DNA of 64,000 nucleotides, from contig OZ024741.1 in NCBI GenBank assembly GCA_964016885.1, positions 62,496,001-62,560,000 on the forward strand. Reading direction: 5' to 3'. The translations under genes and the position numbers were made by a program. A model generated the notes under the pieces. The model did no database searches. It was not told the origin of the DNA and worked only from the letters and a program-made list of their open reading frames with translations. The stretch comes from Eledone cirrhosa. Lineage: Eukaryota. This document shows positions 13,853 to 26,269 of this stretch, piece after piece (the first letter of the stretch is position 1; each line of letters starts with the position of its first letter).

Positions 13853-14227
13853 GTATATGTATCTCTATTTGTATGTGTATATGTGTATATGTATATACCT
13901 TTTTCTTTGTATGTCTGAGTTGTGTGAGAGTGTAGTGGTGTTTTGTATGTATATACCGATATATGGATGCGTAAGTATTTGTATATATGCGTATATATAA
14001 GTACGTATGTGTGGGTGAATATATATCTATGTCTATGTATGAGTATGTATGTGTGTGTATGTATGTGTGTATGTGTGTATGTATGTATGTATGTATGTAT
14101 GTATATGTGTGTATATATATGTATGTATGTGTATGTCTGTATGTATATAAGTATGTATGTGTATGTATTTGTGCGTGTATGTGTATATATATGCGTGTCT
14201 ATATATGTGTGTGTGTATATATGTGTA

Positions 14228-14268
<41 letters not shown>

Positions 14269-14342
14269 ATATGTGTGTATGTATATATATATATATGTTT
14301 ATATATGTGTGTATGTGTGTGTTGTATGTGTAGATGTGTGTA

Positions 14343-14409
<67 letters not shown>

Positions 14410-15006
14410 TTTTTCTTTTTTCTTTTTCTTTTCTTTTCTTTTTATTTCGAAGTTTATAGATACATCTATAAATAAGCAGTCTGCCCAAACAGTTGAATAC
14501 TGACCTCTCCCCCCCTCCCACCTAATTTCTGTATCTTGATCTAAATGTGTGTGGCAGTGTTTATGTGAGTGAATTAATATCCATGTGCTTATGATAATAT
14601 TATATCCACATATATATGTGTGTGGGGGTGTATGTGTGTGTGTATGTTCGTAATTATGTGTATGTTTATGCATATACGCGCGCGTGTGTGTGAGTGTATG
14701 AATATGTGTGAATATGAGAATATCTGTATGCACTTATTTCATATTTATGTGTCTATACGCATTTTATCTGTGGATTATAAACTTACAGAGACATTAGCCT
14801 TAAATTTTTTGTATTTGCATACATCTTTTTGGCATGCGTATGCATGTTGAGCATATATCTTTGTATAAATATGTGTACGGGGTTAGTTACATGTATATAC
14901 ACACACCAAACTGCATAAAACTTTTTGTATTTTCATTGGTCAATTTTGAACTCCGTTCCCAAACGGACCTGAAATTTTGAATTGTTGTTATTATCAATAA
15001 ATATAT

Positions 15007-15161
15007 TTCATTATTTCTGAAGACGGCATATATGTGTGTTTGGTATGTATATTTAATCTTGATAGTTTGTATAATTTTGTATAATTTTGTACATAGATCT
15101 GTTGAATATGCATGCCAATTCTAACACATATATATCCTAGAAACGATCGTTAAATAATGAA
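15007..15161 (+). ncRNA. Type I hammerhead with a very long stem II
   Basis: ttcattattt-CTGAAGA-(116-nt hairpin)-GAAA-cgatcg-TT-aaataatgaa: 10-bp stem I and palindromic stem III. Confidence 0.85.
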
Positions 15162-15215
15162 CTTTTTTTGTTTAATATAAGGAACTGTTTCATTGTTTTA
15201 TTCATTATTTGTTTA

Positions 15216-15263
<48 letters not shown>

Positions 15264-15267
15264 CATA

Positions 15268-15300
<33 letters not shown>

Positions 15301-15560
15301 TATTTGATATGTATATATATATTATTTCACAGTGAGTGTGTTCTGTTATTAATTCTGGCAAATATTACACAAATATGACCCTCCCCAAGTATAACAACAT
15401 ATATATATATATATATATATCAGATAATACATATTTGATTACATACCCTCATACAGGTATATATAAATGTATGTAGTCACACTTACATATTTGTACCACA
15501 AAGTCTTATGTCATTAAATATTCAACGACAAAAGTTTCAGCAAATCTCTAAAGAAATTAA

Positions 15561-15647
<87 letters not shown>

Positions 15648-15660
15648 ATATGTTACATAC

Positions 15661-15691
<31 letters not shown>

Positions 15692-15707
15692 TAAAGATAC
15701 CCTCACA

Positions 15708-15764
<57 letters not shown>

Positions 15765-16163
15765 CGGTTGCATAATACTAGTTTCCCTATATGTATTTTT
15801 TACACGTAGGAATTCATACTTTATTATTATTAACCTTCCCCTAAGGTAGAGATAAAGTTTTGGCCGTTTGGACTGCTGCTATTTCTAGTGGCAGGACATT
15901 GACCTGTCCACCTTGCCTTTTGTCTTTGCACACGGCACCAAACAGAATTATTTCTTTCATCATTCGCTCTCATTTGGGAATGGTTTTGTACGGCGTCAGT
16001 TTGTGATTTGAACTCGGGAATTTATATTCTCCGAGGAAGAAGAGCCTTCTGAAGATTGCTCCCTTCTCAATGGAAATCCGCTTGGATTTTCCGGTTATTC
16101 TGGACCATGAAACCGCGGTAATGGCACATATAGTAAGTGCAGCGAATCTTTTAAATGACAAAA

Positions 16164-16866
16164 GAACGCTATACTAGTTCCTTTGTCAGTGTTGAACAAA
16201 CGACAACGATGGTTGCTGGACACTACGGCTTAATCCGGGATGTTTGTTTACAAACACACCGAACATTATAATAAATGTTCGGTGAATCCATACGTACATA
16301 TATATATATGTGTGCATGTGTGAATATATATATATATACATACTACTGTACGTCTGTATACATATATGTATGTACGTGTACATACTTATAAATAAGTAAC
16401 AGCCGTACTAAGAGTGGGAAATGAAATTTCGTTTCATTTTTTCCGTTTATCGTTTTCGGTGCACCCGGCCGATTAACCCACTCGATATGTAAATTGGGCT
16501 ACTCAGCCGTTAATATGCATAAGGTAATTATATACGTTCAACAATCTGGTAGGAAGGTATACGTTGATGACGATAGCTAATAAGCTTGAAACTAGTACAG
16601 CGTTCCTTTGTCAGTGTTGAACAAACGAGCAACGATGGTTGCTGGACACTACGGCTTAATACGGGATGTTTGTTTACAAACACACCGAGCATTATAATAA
16701 ATGTTCGGTGAATCCATACGTACATATATATATGTGTGCATGTGTGTATATATATATATACATACTACTGTACGTCTGTATACATATATGTATGTACGTA
16801 TACATACTTATATTTAAGTAACAGTCGTACTAAGAATGGGAAATGAAATTTCGTTTCATTTTTTAC

Positions 16867-16870
<4 letters not shown>
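16164..16870 (+). mobile_element. Family A, diverged copy (about 1.6 units); HHR at about 16561-16603 has C3 changed to A
   Basis: acgttg-ATGACGA-tagctaataagctt-GAAA-ctag-TA-cagcgt. Same body and 3' end as 8492-9527. Confidence 0.85.
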
Positions 16871-16908
<38 letters not shown>

Positions 16909-16914
16909 TTCTTT

Positions 16915-17328
16915 CTAGAATTTGTTTTGCAAGATTTCTTAACTGAAAACGTGTGTTGAAACAGATATAGTTATACTTTGGGAGGGTCATGCTGCCAAAA
17001 AATACACAGCCCTGTTGGTTTTCCCTTCAATTTATTATAAATTTCCGGTTGTTTATATATTCTCAAAGCTCTTACGTCACACTTTCTGTGACCTCCTCGG
17101 TGACTGGGTTTTTATTTTGTGTCTACATGTGGTGTAGGACAGAAGGTCACCGAAGGTCACAGAAGGTCACCGAGGAGCTCACAGAATGTGTGACGATAGA
17201 GCTTTGACAATATATAAACAACCATCCGGTTATCGAGCCAACCAACCGGAAATTTATAATAAATTGAAGTGAAAACCACAGGTGCTTGTGTTTTTATTGG
17301 CAGCATGCCCCTCTCAAAATGTATTAAT
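16915..17328 (-). mobile_element. Fold-back non-coding element sharing its 3' terminus with PLE-3
   Basis: Imperfect inverted arms at 16965-17105 and 17165-17328. The terminal atgaccctcccaaagtataac..ctgtttcaacacacg..gcaaaac resembles 25706-25775 and 63360-63390. Confidence 0.75.
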
Positions 17329-17532
17329 ATATATATATATAGGTTTGTTGGTTCACCACTGGATAGAACTGGTCGTTCCGTATAGTCAACATGTATGTAA
17401 TATTAGAAAAAATACTCTACGTTATGCAACTCATCCATCTTCGGTTATATTGAATCTTGTTGGTGGAGTTAATTATTATTGAATAAAATGACAGGGGGCC
17501 AGACTGGTGAAATTCCTTCAAAGACTTATTAT

Positions 17533-17598
17533 AAAAACACTATGTACATTTTAATGAACAAGTTCTGCAGTATACTGGTGACATCATCAGGTGTTTTT
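17533..17598 (-). ncRNA. Degenerate hammerhead-like motif
   Basis: aaaaacac-CTGATGA-...-GAAC-(imperfect stem III)-TA-gtgttttt. Confidence 0.45.
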
Positions 17599-17724
17599 TA
17601 CATAAAAGTTATATAATAAAGGAATAATGGTAAACACAATCCAAGAGGCTAAAGAGCAGAGAGAAATGTTTAAGACTCGACGGCAGTCGGGGACAGCTGT
17701 TGCTAGTCTCTCTCTCTCTCTCTA

Positions 17725-17812
<88 letters not shown>

Positions 17813-18129
17813 CGTGGTTATGGCGGACATGATAATGAGTACTAAATATTGAAGGAAAGTTTAAATATTCATCTATTTTGGCTATTTTGGCCTTGTTACT
17901 CTGGAGTTTCGCCTACAGACAAGACTCTTTACATATATATACCCGCACGATCACAATCTAATGATTGAAAATTGCAAAATAATAAAATAATTTTTTTCTA
18001 ATATTGACACAAGGTCTGCAATTTAGGAAAACAGGAAAATCAATTAGGTCGGCTCCAATATTTTACTGGCACTTTATTTCATCGATGGTGGGGCGTTGAG
18101 ATTAGTTGATGTGACGGTTGCTTCATTGA

Positions 18130-18620
18130 TTATAGCCTGTTTTAAATACCCATTCTAGCAGGCATGTGTCTTTGTTCCTGCATGAGTGCCATGATACATA
18201 GGCACAGGGAGTTTGGTAATTAAAGTCTTTTACATTTGTTAATGGAGCTAAAACTCTCTTTTAAGCTATATCTTTTAAATGTATGGCAAATGGAGAAGCA
18301 TAACCTATTAGTGCTAGAAAGCTTCTGCTGTTATTGGTTTTGACGTTCAAAGAGAAGAATGGTGTAAACCAGATAGCGTGGCTTTGGGCTGGTGTTGTAG
18401 TTAATTTTCTTCTTAAACCTGCTCGCTCTTAGTGCATCATTGTAATAGGCGGCTGATTTATATTAGATAATTCTGTTAGAGGAGAGGTTAGAATTTCTTG
18501 TAAGTATGAATTTGACTAAACTTTTAAAACCTATTGGGAGGGTGAAGGATGAAATATTGATATAAGATAGTCTCTCATTCGGTTTCTTAAAATGTGTGTG
18601 TTATTTTTAGGTCCAGGATG
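18130..18620 (-). pseudogene. Old degraded Naiad-like PLE fragment
   Basis: Minus-strand peptides KKPNERLSYI, NSNLSSN, AAYYNDAL, IWFTPFFSLNVKTN and CRNKDTC parallel PLE-2 and PLE-4. Confidence 0.75.
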
Positions 18621-19055
18621 ACATAACATTATCATAACCCCTTACCTTCTACTCTCTCACTGTCTCTCTCTCTCTCACACACATTCCTTCTCTTTCTCTC
18701 TCTCTCTCTCTACATATATATATATAAATGAAGTATTTCCGTAGGAAAGGTACAGGAAAAGAGAGTGCTCTCTGTATGTTACATAACTATATATACATAA
18801 CTATATATATATGTAACAGTGTTTTATGTAGAAGACTATTGATACAACAGGAATTCCGGGATTAGAAGCATGTTGTGATGTAACCACTACTATGCTAGTC
18901 GATACAACGATCTTCCACGATCAATCGACCCTCTGTAACGATCGTAAAACAATGAACTATCTTACTACCTATCTCTGGGCTTTGTTTTGTTTTTCATTCT
19001 TCTATTCACACATACACGCACACATGCACACACACATACGCACACACACATACAC

Positions 19056-19086
<31 letters not shown>

Positions 19087-19488
19087 TTATTTATATTTAT
19101 ATGTATATATATATATATATGTATATATGTATATATATAATATATATATATGTATATCTTGGTGAGAAGATCTTAGAAAATACATTCATCTTTACAAAGT
19201 ACCGACAACACATCTGGTCAGCCCTTAAATTAGGGTCTATATTATTCATCTTTTATTTTCGTAGTGGTGGGCGTGACCTTTTGTCATATACACTTCATAT
19301 ACCCTTACAACTTTTGCATGTTATTAGATCAAGCGTTCAGCCTTCAATCACACATACACATACACACAAATTCACACTAATTCTTCTCTTAAACCACTCC
19401 TTCTATATTTGATCTCTCCTCATACATTTATATCTATGTATGTGTACGTGTATGTGAGTGTGTAGTTGTGTGCGCATATATATATATA

Positions 19489-19657
19489 GTAATAATAATA
19501 AATGTGAAGACTAAAATCCAAAGAGGGCTCCATAAGGATATATATATATCAAATATATAAGAACCCTAGAACAAATATTTATTAAAATAACAGATTAAAG
19601 TTTAAGCAATAAATCGCTGCTTTCCATTCTTTGCTTAAACTTTAATCTGTTATTTTA

Positions 19658-19660
<3 letters not shown>
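19489..19660 (-). mobile_element. Family C fold-back copy
   Basis: Matches 62360-62495 and carries a short inverted arm. Confidence 0.85.
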
Positions 19661-19745
<85 letters not shown>

Positions 19746-20344
19746 GTATGTGTGTGTGCGCGTGTGTGAGTGTGTATGTGTGTGTGTGTGTCTGTGTGTA
19801 TTTATGCTAGCACTAGTGGTTGGTTTCCATGTGCATTATGGTAATCATCCCTCGTAGTCATATACTAATGACATTTATTCACACACTTTGAGTGTATGAC
19901 TGAGCTCCCTTGTATGGGCGCGTGCATATATGTGTTCGCCGCTTGCGTATGGCGTTGTGCTTTCGTGGGGCTTAGAACTGAGACCCTCTTGGCGTTGGAT
20001 TAAAAAGCCTTGCAGCACTTATTCTGAGTCCCTTTGTATCGAAATTCATTCGGAGTTCGATGGTTGATGTTTATACTGCCGTAGCGCCATGCATTATTCC
20101 TTGCGGTATATGTAATGGCCATCTGCACCATGTACCTGTGTGTGTCTTTGCATGTGGAGGTATATGTACATATATAAGAAATACATTATCCAGTTCATCA
20201 GTTCGATGCGTGAGTCCTAGATCTTCTTAGTGAAATACATGTATTCATATAATGTATTCTTGTTAAAATAAAATATCCCATATTGCACAACTCGAGCCCC
20301 GGATTGAGCGTTCTACCTACCTGGATATTTTACTACATTAAGTA

Positions 20345-20393
<49 letters not shown>

Positions 20394-20396
<3 letters not shown>

Positions 20397-21899
20397 TAAA
20401 TATCTTTAAGTCGTTTGGAAGCCGCGACAATGCAAATGGGTAAATCTCCGGGTAACAAGGTCCGGTGGTGGAGAGAGAGATGTAAGTGGGTGTACGTTGA
20501 GATGCATGGTGTGTATAAGATGTGTGAGATGTGTAGAATGAAGGGAAGAGTATAAAGGATAAAATAAAAATAACAACACAAGAGAGTGTTACCTTGGGAG
20601 AGATTTAATAGTCCCTATATATTTCGGATTCACATCCATAAACTGGGGGGTTTTTTCCGGGGTGGGGGAAAAGGTTGTCTGTCGGACAAGTCCGGAACGT
20701 GTCCTTCGCTGTTTGTTGTTTTGAATATCTGAGGTATTCGGCAGAGCGCGCGTGCGCGTGAAATGGGGTCGGTCGTATAGAGGTCAGCAGCCGAATGAGG
20801 GAGTGGGATGGAGCTAGCTGTCAGTACATTCTCTGCCTGTTTGTTAAATGTTACTGTGTGTGTGTGTGCGTGTGTTGTTGTCTCGCTCGAGTGTGAGTGT
20901 GTGGGCGTGTGTTGTTGCCTTGTTCCTCTGTATTGGCAGTGTAGTATGTTCGTATGGTGGAATGCTACTGTGTGTGCGTGCGTGTGTGTGTGTAGTTGTC
21001 TCGTTTGCGTGTGTGTGTGTGTGTGCGTGTGTTGTGTGTTGTTGCATCGCTTGTTAACTTAAACCAGCCATCTCATTTCGCATAGACAAATGCGGAAACA
21101 AAGACGGAAGGCCCATTGTCACAATTCTAGCGACTGAAAGAAACGTCGGCACGTTACGTATCAAGGAAGCGCTTTTTATCAAACGACTGCAACCGCAAAT
21201 AAACAACCGATCAGAGAGAAGCGAAATGAGATGGCTGGTTTAAGTTAACAAGCGATGCAACAACACACAACACCCGCACACACGCAAACGAGACAACTAC
21301 ACACACACACGCACACACACACAGTAGCATTCCACTATACGAACATACTACACTGCCAATACAGAGGAACAAGGCAACAACACACGCACACACACACACA
21401 GTAACATTTAACAAACAGGCAGAGAATGGACTGACAGCTAGCTCCATCCCACTCCCTCATTCGGCCGCTGACCTCTGTACGACCGACCCCATTTCACGCG
21501 CACGCGCGCTCTGCCGAATACCTCAGATATTCAAAACAACAAACAGCGAAGGACGCGTTCCAGACTTGTCCGACAGACAACCTTTTCCTCCACCCCGGAA
21601 AAAAACCCCCCAGTTGATGGATGTGAATCCGAAATATATAGGGACTATTAAATCTCTCCCAAGGTAACTCTCTCTTGTGTTGTTATTTTTATTTTATCCT
21701 TTATACTCTTCCCTTCATTCTACACATCTCACACATCTTATACACACCACGCATCTCAACGTACACCCACTTACATCTCTCTCTCCACCACCGGACCTTG
21801 TTACCCGGAGATTTACCCATTTGCATTGTCGAGTCTTCCAAACGACTTAAAGATATTTACTTATTGTTCCACAATGCTTCAAGCAAACTTCAATACTCT

Positions 21900-21901
<2 letters not shown>
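20394..21901 (+). mobile_element. 5'-truncated PLE (end of GIY-YIG plus 3'UTR) with an inverted copy of about 690 bp
   Basis: Inverted arms at 20394-21081 and 21221-21862. 21082-21243 translates to IDKCGNKDGRPIVTILATERNVGTLRIKEALFIKRLQPQINNRSERSEMRWLV*, a PLE endonuclease C-terminus. Confidence 0.88.
21608..21643 (+). ncRNA. Hammerhead-like motif with variant core CAGUUGA
   Basis: ccc-CAGTTGA-t-ggat-gtga-atcc-GAAA-tata-TA-ggg. The mirror copy at about 20613-20648 has CAGTTTA. Confidence 0.6.
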
Positions 21902-21979
<78 letters not shown>

Positions 21980-21991
21980 ATATATATATAC

Positions 21992-22701
21992 CTTTACGCG
22001 TTTCACTTGTCCCAATAGCTTATTTTAGTTATTGCTCGCACCAACCTGAGGTATCTGATTTTTAATGCGATGAAATACTAATGATAGTTGGCAAATCACT
22101 GATGAGGGACTAATTTTATAATATGTAATCCATGTGCAACCATGCAGTATTCTTCTCCCCTTGTTTTTCATATATATTTACCTAAACTGCGATTATCTGT
22201 TTCTCTCTTTCTCTCTTACTGCTCCCCCGTTCTCTCTGTTTCTCTTACCTTCTTTCGCCCCCTCTGTCAGTTAACACTTTCTCTCGACTGACCTCTTCCT
22301 CGCACTTCCACTCACTCACTCACTCTCTGTTTCTCCCCTTCTCCCTTCCTCCCGTTCGCTAGTAGTGGGGTTCCTTCTTTCTCACACCGCATTCACGGCG
22401 TACGGTCTGCTTCTCTGACCGCTCATGAAATTCACCCAGATTATGCTGATCGGATAACTATCATGTTGCTTGCTGTTTTCCCAACCTTCTGTTTGCTTTT
22501 CCTTCTGTTGTTTACTTGTCTCACTCGCTTTACGCGTTTCACTTGTCCCAATAGCTTATTTTAGTTATTACGCGCACCAACCTGAGGTATCTGATTTTTA
22601 ATGCGATGAAATACCAATGATGGTTGGCAAATCACTGATGAGGGGCTAATTTTATAATATGTAATCCATGTGCAACCATGCAGTATTCTTCTCCCCTTGT
22701 T

Positions 22702-22707
<6 letters not shown>
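21992..22707 (+). mobile_element. Non-coding element with about 180-bp direct terminal repeats (partial tandem, period about 536)
   Basis: 21992-22170 recurs at 22528-22707, with (TA)n flanks. Each repeat has CTGATGA but no matching GAAA. Confidence 0.75.
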
Positions 22708-22777
<70 letters not shown>

Positions 22778-22881
22778 TTTTCTATTATAAGTTGAGACAA
22801 CAGATGCAGCTTCATATGCAAATGAGATTAGTCACCTCATTTACACAGACGAGCAAACTATATATTCTCGACTGTTTTCAA

Positions 22882-22975
22882 GTCCAGCACGAGCAAGCGG
22901 TGGGAGTGACCGTCCTGACGAAGGCCATTCAAACCAGAAATGCATAGACAGTTGTCCCACTTGCTTCTGCTGGAC
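22882..22975 (+). ncRNA. Type I hammerhead, canonical core, long bulged stem I
   Basis: gtccagca..gcaag..gtggga..gtc-CTGACGA-a-gg..cc-a-GAAA-tgca-TA-gac..tcccac.ttgc..tgctggac. Confidence 0.85.
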
Positions 22976-23071
22976 ACCACCAGAGGGCGTTAGCCCCCCG
23001 GTGTTTGCAGAACTACGGCTTCCTAAAACCGTATTTCTTTAGAAATACGAAATTTCTATACATATATATAT

Positions 23072-23318
23072 TTGTTTGCGATGTTTTTGATATGAAATCG
23101 TGTGTCGAAACACATTTATATCTATATTATATGTTTATATCTATATTATATCTGTATTTATGACCGTTGGTCAGTCAATGATAAACATTGAGGACCGGAT
23201 GAATTAACTGTGGAGATATAACAGATACAGAAGCGAAAACCAACCAAACAGTGAGTGCGTTCTGTTAATATTTCTGGCAATACAATATTATTACAACAAT
23301 ATGACCCTCCCCAAGTAT

Positions 23319-23323
<5 letters not shown>
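23072..23323. mobile_element. Rearranged 3'-end remnant related to PLE-3
   Basis: 23150-23323 resembles 30345-30530, and 23072-23112 resembles 25706-25745. Confidence 0.8.
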
Positions 23324-23406
<83 letters not shown>

Positions 23407-23556
23407 ATGCAATTGATCGCTGAGAGAAAAGAGTACTCAATACCGAAGTAGAGTCTAAATATTCATTTGGAGATTCGCAAAAAACATTGGGAAAACATTC
23501 AAATATTTAGATTGAAATGCGCACGCCCTAACTATGCCGGTGTTTTTCCGACGATA

Positions 23557-23768
23557 GTGATTAGTGTCGGTAGAGAGTCGAACACCATGTTTCACTGCAG
23601 AGAGTTATGGCCCTTTGCGTTCTGTGTTCAAATCCTGCCGAGGTTAGCTTTGCCTTTCATCCTTACGAGGTCGATAAAATAAAGTACCATGATGAACTGA
23701 TGTCGATTTATTTGACTTTCTCTCTCTCCTAAAATTGTTGGCCTTATGCTTAAATCTGAAGCCATTAC
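23557..23768 (+). mobile_element. tRNA-derived SINE, family S1
   Basis: B-box gttcaaatcc followed by gccgaggttagctttgcctttcatcc..gtcgataaaataaagtacca, shared with many copies. Confidence 0.85.
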
Positions 23769-23801
23769 GGTCATTTGCATTTGGACGACAAACATACGTA
23801 C

Positions 23802-23870
<69 letters not shown>

Positions 23871-23875
23871 TATAT

Positions 23876-24070
23876 ATTAAAATAACAGATTAAAGTTTAA
23901 GAAAAGAATCGCTGCTTTCACCCTTAACGGGATCTTCTGAAACTTACGTTTGAGAAGATTAAACTTTAATCTGTTAGTTTAATAAATATTAAATATATAT
24001 ATATCCTTATCAAGCCTTCTTTGGATGTTAGTCTTCACATTTATTATTACTTCTTTATTTATTATTACTA
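23876..24070. mobile_element. Family C fold-back copy
   Basis: Inverted cagattaaagtttaa/ttaaactttaatctg arms plus the family C tail. Confidence 0.85.
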
Positions 24071-24609
24071 TAAATATATATATATATATATAGTGAAAGA
24101 ATGAAGAGTAACATGGCCGGCTGTACAACAAGGGGCTTTATTTAAGGTATTAATAATTGTTTCATTGATCAGGTGAGTCTAGAGCCCGCTAATCGCTCGA
24201 AGTTGGGTCACTCGATCTCCATTACATTATTTACCTCTGACCAAATCCTCAGAATACGAATAATTCATACATGGCATGATATATATATAGAGAGAAATAG
24301 CGTATAATCAAAACAATAACAACAACAATAAAATGTATGATAAATAGGTAAAGAAGTTACACATGTAAAAAGTAAAAAATAAGAAAAAAGATACAGTAAA
24401 AAAGTAAGAAAATGGAAAAATAATAAAAATATAAAGAAATAAGGATAAGTAAGAGCATATAAGTACAGAGTATGATAGTGTAGGAATTCCCGCGAACTCA
24501 CTGCCTAACTATCGAAACATCTTGTTGAGTAAAAAAAAGCCGTACGTTAAAACTATACATGAGTACTCACAACCTCGAACTGGATTACCTATAATGATTA
24601 CTTGTTATC

Positions 24610-24759
<150 letters not shown>

Positions 24760-25582
24760 TGTGTGTGTGTGTGTTCGTATTTTCCGCGAAGATGTGTACG
24801 TGAACGCGGTGCGTAAAGCAAATTCGCGTAATACAACTCCAATGTTTCTGATAAATAAAAATGGAAATTAAAAACCATACGCATTATAGAGTGTTATTCG
24901 CGCAAAATGAATATTTAATAATATTTTTTCAAGAGCTGTTAAAGCGAATTCGCGTACTTCAAGTTCGCGTACAAAGCGAACAGACTGTGTGTGTGTGTGT
25001 GTGTGAAAAGAAAGAAACTATCGTTAAATGGGACCAAGGAAACAATGTTCGCAGTGGTCTTTCTAAACGCATATGCTATCTGCCGGCTGCAATTACTAGC
25101 AGAGGATGCAACGTAAAATAATTTGTTGGGTCGGGAATTCAAGAACTTCACTAATACATTATTTTATCAACGACCTTCCTCAGAAGAATGAAAGGCAAAG
25201 TTAATCTCGACGGGATTTGAACTCATAACGTAAAGAGACGTAAGTACAAGTCACAAGGGATCTAGGGCGATGCATTAGTATTTGTCACTCCTTTGCCCTA
25301 ATAATAGAAACAATAAAAGCCTACAGCCACTAAGATAACAGCAGTGGCTTTTATGCCTGCGCCGAACCAGGTGGTGAGATGTTGTTGAAAACAAGTGATT
25401 ACATAAAGCGATGGATCTGTTGAACGCTAGTGTTTTAAGAGGGTACCTCCCATCCACGCCCCTAATGTCATAACTGCGCATCTTTTAACTGACTCCCGCC
25501 AACACCACCACCAACACCACAATACACGCAACTACACCTCACACCTCCATCTCTCTCCTGGCCACCCCATTAAAGCATATAC

Positions 25583-25668
<86 letters not shown>

Positions 25669-26269
25669 ATATCTATCTATATTTATATATATATATATAT
25701 ATATAGTTTTGCGAGGTTTTTTATATGAAATCGTGTGTCGAAACAGATATTGTTATATTTGGGGAGGGTCATATTTGCGTAATATTGCCAGAATTAATAA
25801 CAGAACACACTCACTGTTTGGTTGGTTTTCGCTTCTCGCTGTCTTTTATATATATATATCTGCGATCTAACTTACTCGGTCCTCAATGTTGCCATTGACT
25901 GACCGGCGGTCAAAAATAATAATACAGATACAATATAGACAAACACATATATATATAGTTTACATAAATCTTTCGTTGCACATCTGCAACATCGTCAGTG
26001 GTGTTATATTCATTGTTCCTCCTGTTGTGTTGTATGTCTACGCCATTTTTTTTTGTTCAGTCTGTCTATATATTTATTTATTTATTTGCTTGTTTGTTTA
26101 TCTTATTTTATTTTGTCTTCTTTGCGCATGCGTTTGCGTGTGTGTATAGTGTTATGTGTGATGTGTGACTAGTGTGTATAGTGTTGTCTGCTGGGTGACT
26201 AGTGTGTGTTTATGTGCTTGTGTATGTATTTATTTATCTTATTTTATTTAATTTAATTTACTTATTTAT

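Larger units (their letters stand above)
9675..15222 (+). mobile_element. PLE-2 with an inferred 3.4-kb 3'UTR ending in an HHR
   Basis: The ORF is followed by degenerate repeats, cryptic TA/TG simple sequence, an HHR at 15007-15161, then (TA)n. Continuity of the UTR is inferred. Confidence 0.65.

Noticed and set aside
20178-20260. Possible hammerhead (GAAA-tacatgta on plus, CTGATGA on minus)
   Set aside because: The two core halves lie on opposite strands.
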